A stretch of DNA of 64,000 bases from an uncultured Nitrospiraceae bacterium (lineage in GTDB: Bacteria > Nitrospirota > Nitrospiria > Nitrospirales > Nitrospiraceae): NCBI GenBank assembly GCA_963706325.1, contig CAVPLT010000007.1:768001-832000 (forward strand), in the 5' to 3' direction. The stretch's first letter is position 1, and each line of letters starts with the position of its first letter. The position numbers and the translations under genes were made by a program. Below the pieces are notes generated by a model, which was not told where the DNA came from, made no database searches, and saw only the letters and a list, made by a program, of their open reading frames with translations. Positions 60,365-64,000 of the stretch are shown here, piece by piece.

Positions 60365-61203
60365 TCACCGGCGCGCAGGGACAGCTGGGCACAGACCTTC
60401 GACAGACGTTGAGGGGCCATCAATTGACGGCGCTCGACCTCCCAACGTTTGATCTCACTGATCCCGACTGTGCGCGGGCCATCGTGGATGCGGCCCCGGA
60501 GGTTGTAATTCACGCGGGTGCGTACACTGATGTGGATGGGGCAGAACGGAACCCCGGCCTGGCCATGACGGTGAATGCCGAGGGAACAGAACGGGTGGCC
60601 AGCGCCGCCGCCAAGACTGGGGCCCGGCTCATCTATATCTCGACCGATTATGTGTTCGATGGTCAAGGGACCCACCCCTATGTCGAAACGGATCTGACCA
60701 ATCCTCTCAGTGTCTATGGCGAGTCTAAGTGCCTAGGCGAGCAGCGGGCTTTGGCCGGCTGTGACAATTCATTGGTGGTGCGCACGGCGTGGCTCTACGG
60801 CAGGCACGGCAAGAATTTCGTCAAGACCATGCTGCAGCTCGCGGCCGAACGACCCTGTTTGAAAGTCGTGGCGGATCAGCATGGCTGCCCGACCTTTTCC
60901 GAAGACCTTGCGGGCATGATCGGGCGCCTCGTTGCGCATTCGGTGCGGGGCATTTTGCATGTCACGAATGAGGGCCACTGTACCTGGCATGAATTCGCCT
61001 CGGAAATTGTCAGATTGTCCAGGCTGGAAGTTCCCGTCGAGCCGATCACCACGGGAGACATGCCCAGGCCAGCAAAGCGACCGGCCTATTCCGTGTTGTC
61101 GGCAGCTCGTCTCCATCAGCTAGGGCTCAGAATGCCTACTTGGCAGGACGGGCTGCAGCGATTCCTCAAGACGTTTCCGGTGGTCTCATCAGCTGCTTCT
61201 TAG
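60352..61203 (+). CDS. rmlD: dTDP-4-dehydrorhamnose reductase
   Basis: TGA.GQLG, AYTDVDGAE, ISTDYVFDG, YG.SK..GE, RTAWLYG, NFVKTM, DQ.G.PT, RP.YS.L. Confidence 0.95.
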   Translation: MRIVITGAQGQLGTDLRQTLRGHQLTALDLPTFDLTDPDCARAIVDAAPEVVIHAGAYTDVDGAERNPGLAMTVNAEGTERVASAAAKTGARLIYISTDYVFDGQGTHPYVETDLTNPLSVYGESKCLGEQRALAGCDNSLVVRTAWLYGRHGKNFVKTMLQLAAERPCLKVVADQHGCPTFSEDLAGMIGRLVAHSVRGILHVTNEGHCTWHEFASEIVRLSRLEVPVEPITTGDMPRPAKRPAYSVLSAARLHQLGLRMPTWQDGLQRFLKTFPVVSSAAS

Positions 61204-61294
61204 GTATGCCTCCAACGCATTTCTTATAACATTTCAGCCTCGTTCCAGTTTATGGCTAGCCTACGGCAGGGTTGTGTCCATCACAGCACATTTC

Positions 61295-61323
61295 TTGTGC
61301 AACCCACGTGTTTTCTCTATACT
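61295..61323 (+). promoter_or_regulatory. Putative sigma70 promoter of the O-antigen ligase/gmd unit
   Basis: TTGTGC (61295-61300), 17 nt spacer, TATACT (61318-61323). Confidence 0.55.
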
Positions 61324-61608
61324 GCGGTCCCGCGATGATCTGGGCCGCTCTGGTTTAGGTGCCTGCCGTGGGTCGATGGTGATCCTACGCACCTGCCCCA
61401 TTGATTGATGATTGGTTGATCCACATTTCATGCGAATGCCTGATGTCGAGACGATGCCCTTCGTGTCAGGCAGGGGAATCGCCTTGGTGATCAATGCTCG
61501 AGGTAGATGTGAAATCTTGCGTTGCCTCCATCAATGTGTGACCTGCAGTAAGGGCATTGTTGGTGTAAGCGTGGTCGACTCGAAATGTAGGAGAAGTGGT
61601 CCCTTCTT

Positions 61609-62937
61609 ATGAACGCAGCTATGTCGTCACCCTCCGAGTCATCTGTCCGGCCTATTCAGGCGGGAGAACGGCACGCCCCAGGTCGCGCTCTCTTTTGGGG
61701 ACTTCAAAGTTACGTGATGATCGCCATTGCTTGCTCGAGTTTTTTCCCGATGCTGTTCCGCTATCAGGAGCACGCGGTCATTATTCTCATCCTGCTTTGC
61801 CTGGGCATGTGTGCCATAGAAAAGACGAGTCCTTGGATTAAAAACCCGCTAGATCTTCCCCTCTGGCTCTTCATGAGCTGGGTGCTCTGTACCGTCCCGT
61901 TCGCAATCGACCCTGCGTACAGTTTTGCGGAATGGAAAAAATTTGTCGCGCAAGCCGGTGTGTTCTATTGGTCTTTGCTCGTACTTGATCGCTGTCGACG
62001 GGAGAACCTCCCGCAGCAGATTCTTTTGTCGTTCGCCCTAGGGGGGACCATTCTAGCTGCATATGCGCTCCTCGACTTTGTGGACCGGGGCGGGACATGG
62101 AAGGATCGCTTTGTTCGAGCCCTAGCGTTTGGCTCGGACTATAACTGGCTCAGCACCTACATGGTGATGACCATTCCTGTCATTGGCAGCCTCCTCGTCC
62201 TGACTCACCTAGCCTTGATTCGCGCAGTTGGGGTATTGGCTCTCGGTTTGGCATTGGCTGCGCAAGTGTTTTCCTATACCCGCGGTGGGTGGGTAGGGCA
62301 TGCGGCGCAAGGAGTCACGCTCGCATTGCTGATCGGCGGACGAAGGTTGGCCATGACTGCCCTGGGATGTTTAGTCCTTGCGACTGGAGGTTTGGTGGTC
62401 ATGTCGCAGATTGGTATTCAAACGGATACGGTCGCGGCTAAAACTGTGGATACGCGGCTGAAGGTCTGGGGCATCGGATTGCAGGAGGTAGTCACGCACC
62501 CGGTGGTCGGCATCGGCTATGGCAACAATTCGTTTATTAAGAAATTTCCTGAATATTCCGTTGCGCGGCAGGACCAGCTTCCCGAAGGGGACCGCATCAT
62601 TCCAGCCATGCACAATACCTTTCTCATGGTGACATTGGGTAGCGGGCTTCCCGCATTAGGGTGTTTTGTCTGGATCTTTGTCTCGTTGGTGCGGCAGCTC
62701 ATTCCGGTGCTCTGGATGGCGGAACAAGGTAATGTATTCTCTGGGATGGCTGCCGGAATCGGCCTGGCTGTCATCGGCTTCGCAGTCAGGAATTTCTTCG
62801 ATTATATGTTTATGGGTAGCTTAGCACACCTGTTTTGGTTATTGGCGGCGGTCGGGATCACCGTGACAAGGGCAGGTTGGCGAAAAGTCGTGACCCAAGC
62901 GAAAATTGGGAAACCAGCAGAAAGCATCGGAGATTGA
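61609..62937 (+). CDS. O-antigen ligase family (WaaL/Wzy_C) membrane protein
   Basis: About 11-12 hydrophobic segments; SYTRGGW, R..VW......HP..GIG.G..SF, HN.FL......G..ALG.F. Confidence 0.87.
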   Translation: MNAAMSSPSESSVRPIQAGERHAPGRALFWGLQSYVMIAIACSSFFPMLFRYQEHAVIILILLCLGMCAIEKTSPWIKNPLDLPLWLFMSWVLCTVPFAIDPAYSFAEWKKFVAQAGVFYWSLLVLDRCRRENLPQQILLSFALGGTILAAYALLDFVDRGGTWKDRFVRALAFGSDYNWLSTYMVMTIPVIGSLLVLTHLALIRAVGVLALGLALAAQVFSYTRGGWVGHAAQGVTLALLIGGRRLAMTALGCLVLATGGLVVMSQIGIQTDTVAAKTVDTRLKVWGIGLQEVVTHPVVGIGYGNNSFIKKFPEYSVARQDQLPEGDRIIPAMHNTFLMVTLGSGLPALGCFVWIFVSLVRQLIPVLWMAEQGNVFSGMAAGIGLAVIGFAVRNFFDYMFMGSLAHLFWLLAAVGITVTRAGWRKVVTQAKIGKPAESIGD

Positions 62938-63046
62938 CAGGATTTCGTAGATCCATCACAACTGAATCTTACCCTGTGGAGGTATGGCAAATGGCATTGA
63001 TGCGCCGGTCCATTGGGTCTACAAAACAGATCGGAGTGTGTAGACA

Positions 63047-64000
63047 GTGAAGGCCTTGATCACCGGCATTACGGGCCAAGATGGGTCGTACCTCGCTGAA
63101 TTTCTCCTGGCCAAGGGGTACGATGTATACGGCGTCATTCGCCGGTCGAGTTCTTTCAATACATCCCGGATCGACTCGGTTTATCAGGATCCCCATATTC
63201 CTGAGGCCAAGCTGCATTTGGTATATGGTGACCTCAATGATGCCAGTTCCCTGAATAGAATTCTGCGCACGGTTCGGCCGGATGAGATTTACAATCTCGG
63301 AGCACAGAGCCATGTTCGTGTCAGTTTCGACATCCCGGAGTACACCGCTGAGATTACGGGCCTGGGCACCGTGCGATTGCTCGAAGCCATTCGTGAGTCA
63401 GGATTGCGCCCCAAGTTCTATCAAGCGTCCTCGAGCGAAATGTTCGGCAAGGTAAAGGACGTCCCGCAGCGAGAAACGACGCCGTTCTATCCGCGCAGTC
63501 CGTACGGCGCCGCGAAAGTGTATGCGCATTGGATCACCGTCAATTATCGTGAGGCGTACGGCCTGTTTGCCTGCAACGGCATCCTCTTCAACCATGAATC
63601 ACCCCGGCGGGGCGAAACGTTCGTCACGCGCAAAATCACGAAGGCTGCGGCGCTGATCAAATTGGGTTTGCAGCAGGACTTGTTCCTCGGCAATTTGGAC
63701 GCAAAACGGGATTGGGGCTATGCCGGAGACTATGTCGAAGCCATGTGGCTCATGCTGCAGCAGGAACAGCCTGAGGATTATGTCGTGGCGACCGGGGAGA
63801 CCCATACGGTGCGTGAGTTCCTCGATGTGGCGTTCGGTCATTTGGGACTGGACTGGCATCGTCACGTGAAGATCGATCCGCGGTATTACCGACCGACTGA
63901 GGTCGATCTGCTGATCGGAGATCCGGCAAAGGCGCGGCGGCAACTTGGGTGGAAACCGACGGTCAAATTTCATGAATTGGCAATTATGATGGTCGAGGCG
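63047..64000 (+). CDS. gmd: GDP-mannose 4,6-dehydratase, 3'-truncated by window edge
   Basis: Not in the ORF track. GTG 63047 gives [80 protein letters not shown]. Confidence 0.96.
   Translation, partial: MKALITGITGQDGSYLAEFLLAKGYDVYGVIRRSSSFNTSRIDSVYQDPHIPEAKLHLVYGDLNDASSLNRILRTVRPDEIYNLGAQSHVRVSFDIPEYTAEITGLGTVRLLEAIRESGLRPKFYQASSSEMFGKVKDVPQRETTPFYPRSPYGAAKVYAHWITVNYREAYGLFACNGILFNHESPRRGETFVTRKITKAAALIKLGLQQDLFLGNLDAKRDWGYAGDYVEAMWLMLQQEQPEDYVVATGETHTVREFLDVAFGHLGLDWHRHVKIDPRYYRPTEVDLLIGDPAKARRQLGWKPTVKFHELAIMMVEA

Noticed and set aside
1..64000. CRISPR arrays, tRNA/rRNA genes, IS elements, prophage genes
   Set aside because: Intergenic gaps are short and none showed repeat-spacer periodicity or tRNA-like arms; no transposase or phage motifs in the ORFs. 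Manual inspection only.

Overview
A gene-dense window of mostly core genes from a GC-rich diderm (LPS-producing) bacterium. An actinobacterial-type Pup-proteasome operon together with lipid A genes using LpxI points to Nitrospirota, probably Nitrospira (inference). Gene order: 'rpsP-rimM-trmD-rplS-rnhB-yraN; ftsE-ftsX-envC-like-ctpA; a PolX N-terminal-domain-only gene (-); thiS-thiG-thiE; arc-dop-prcB-prcA-pafA with no pup gene visible; an M23 peptidase; a minus-strand three-gene signalling cassette (6-PAS histidine kinase, Rcp-like regulator, hybrid kinase); the minus-strand block galU, lon, thiL, DUF2062, HD phosphohydrolase; then about 33 kb of envelope/LPS genes (bamA, two skp, fabZ, lpxA, lpxI, gnnA-like, lpxB, msbA, DUF374/lpxJ-like, waaA, lpxK, waaF-gmhB fusion, many glycosyltransferases, two decayed genes, lhgO, rmlABD, O-antigen ligase, gmd'). 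Main observations: (1) the DUF374/LpxJ-like acyltransferase is split across two frames at an A9 slippery run, and the -1 frame restores the conserved C-terminus and couples to waaA, so it is a candidate programmed frameshift/slippage site; (2) the proteasome operon lacks its modifier gene; (3) a G10 tract at the end of thiS would give an in-frame ThiS-ThiG fusion if one G is lost; (4) a structured leader of about 280 nt precedes the O-antigen ligase/gmd unit. No rRNA, tRNA, CRISPR array or mobile element was recognised. All calls come from manual reading and motif recognition; no database searches were run.
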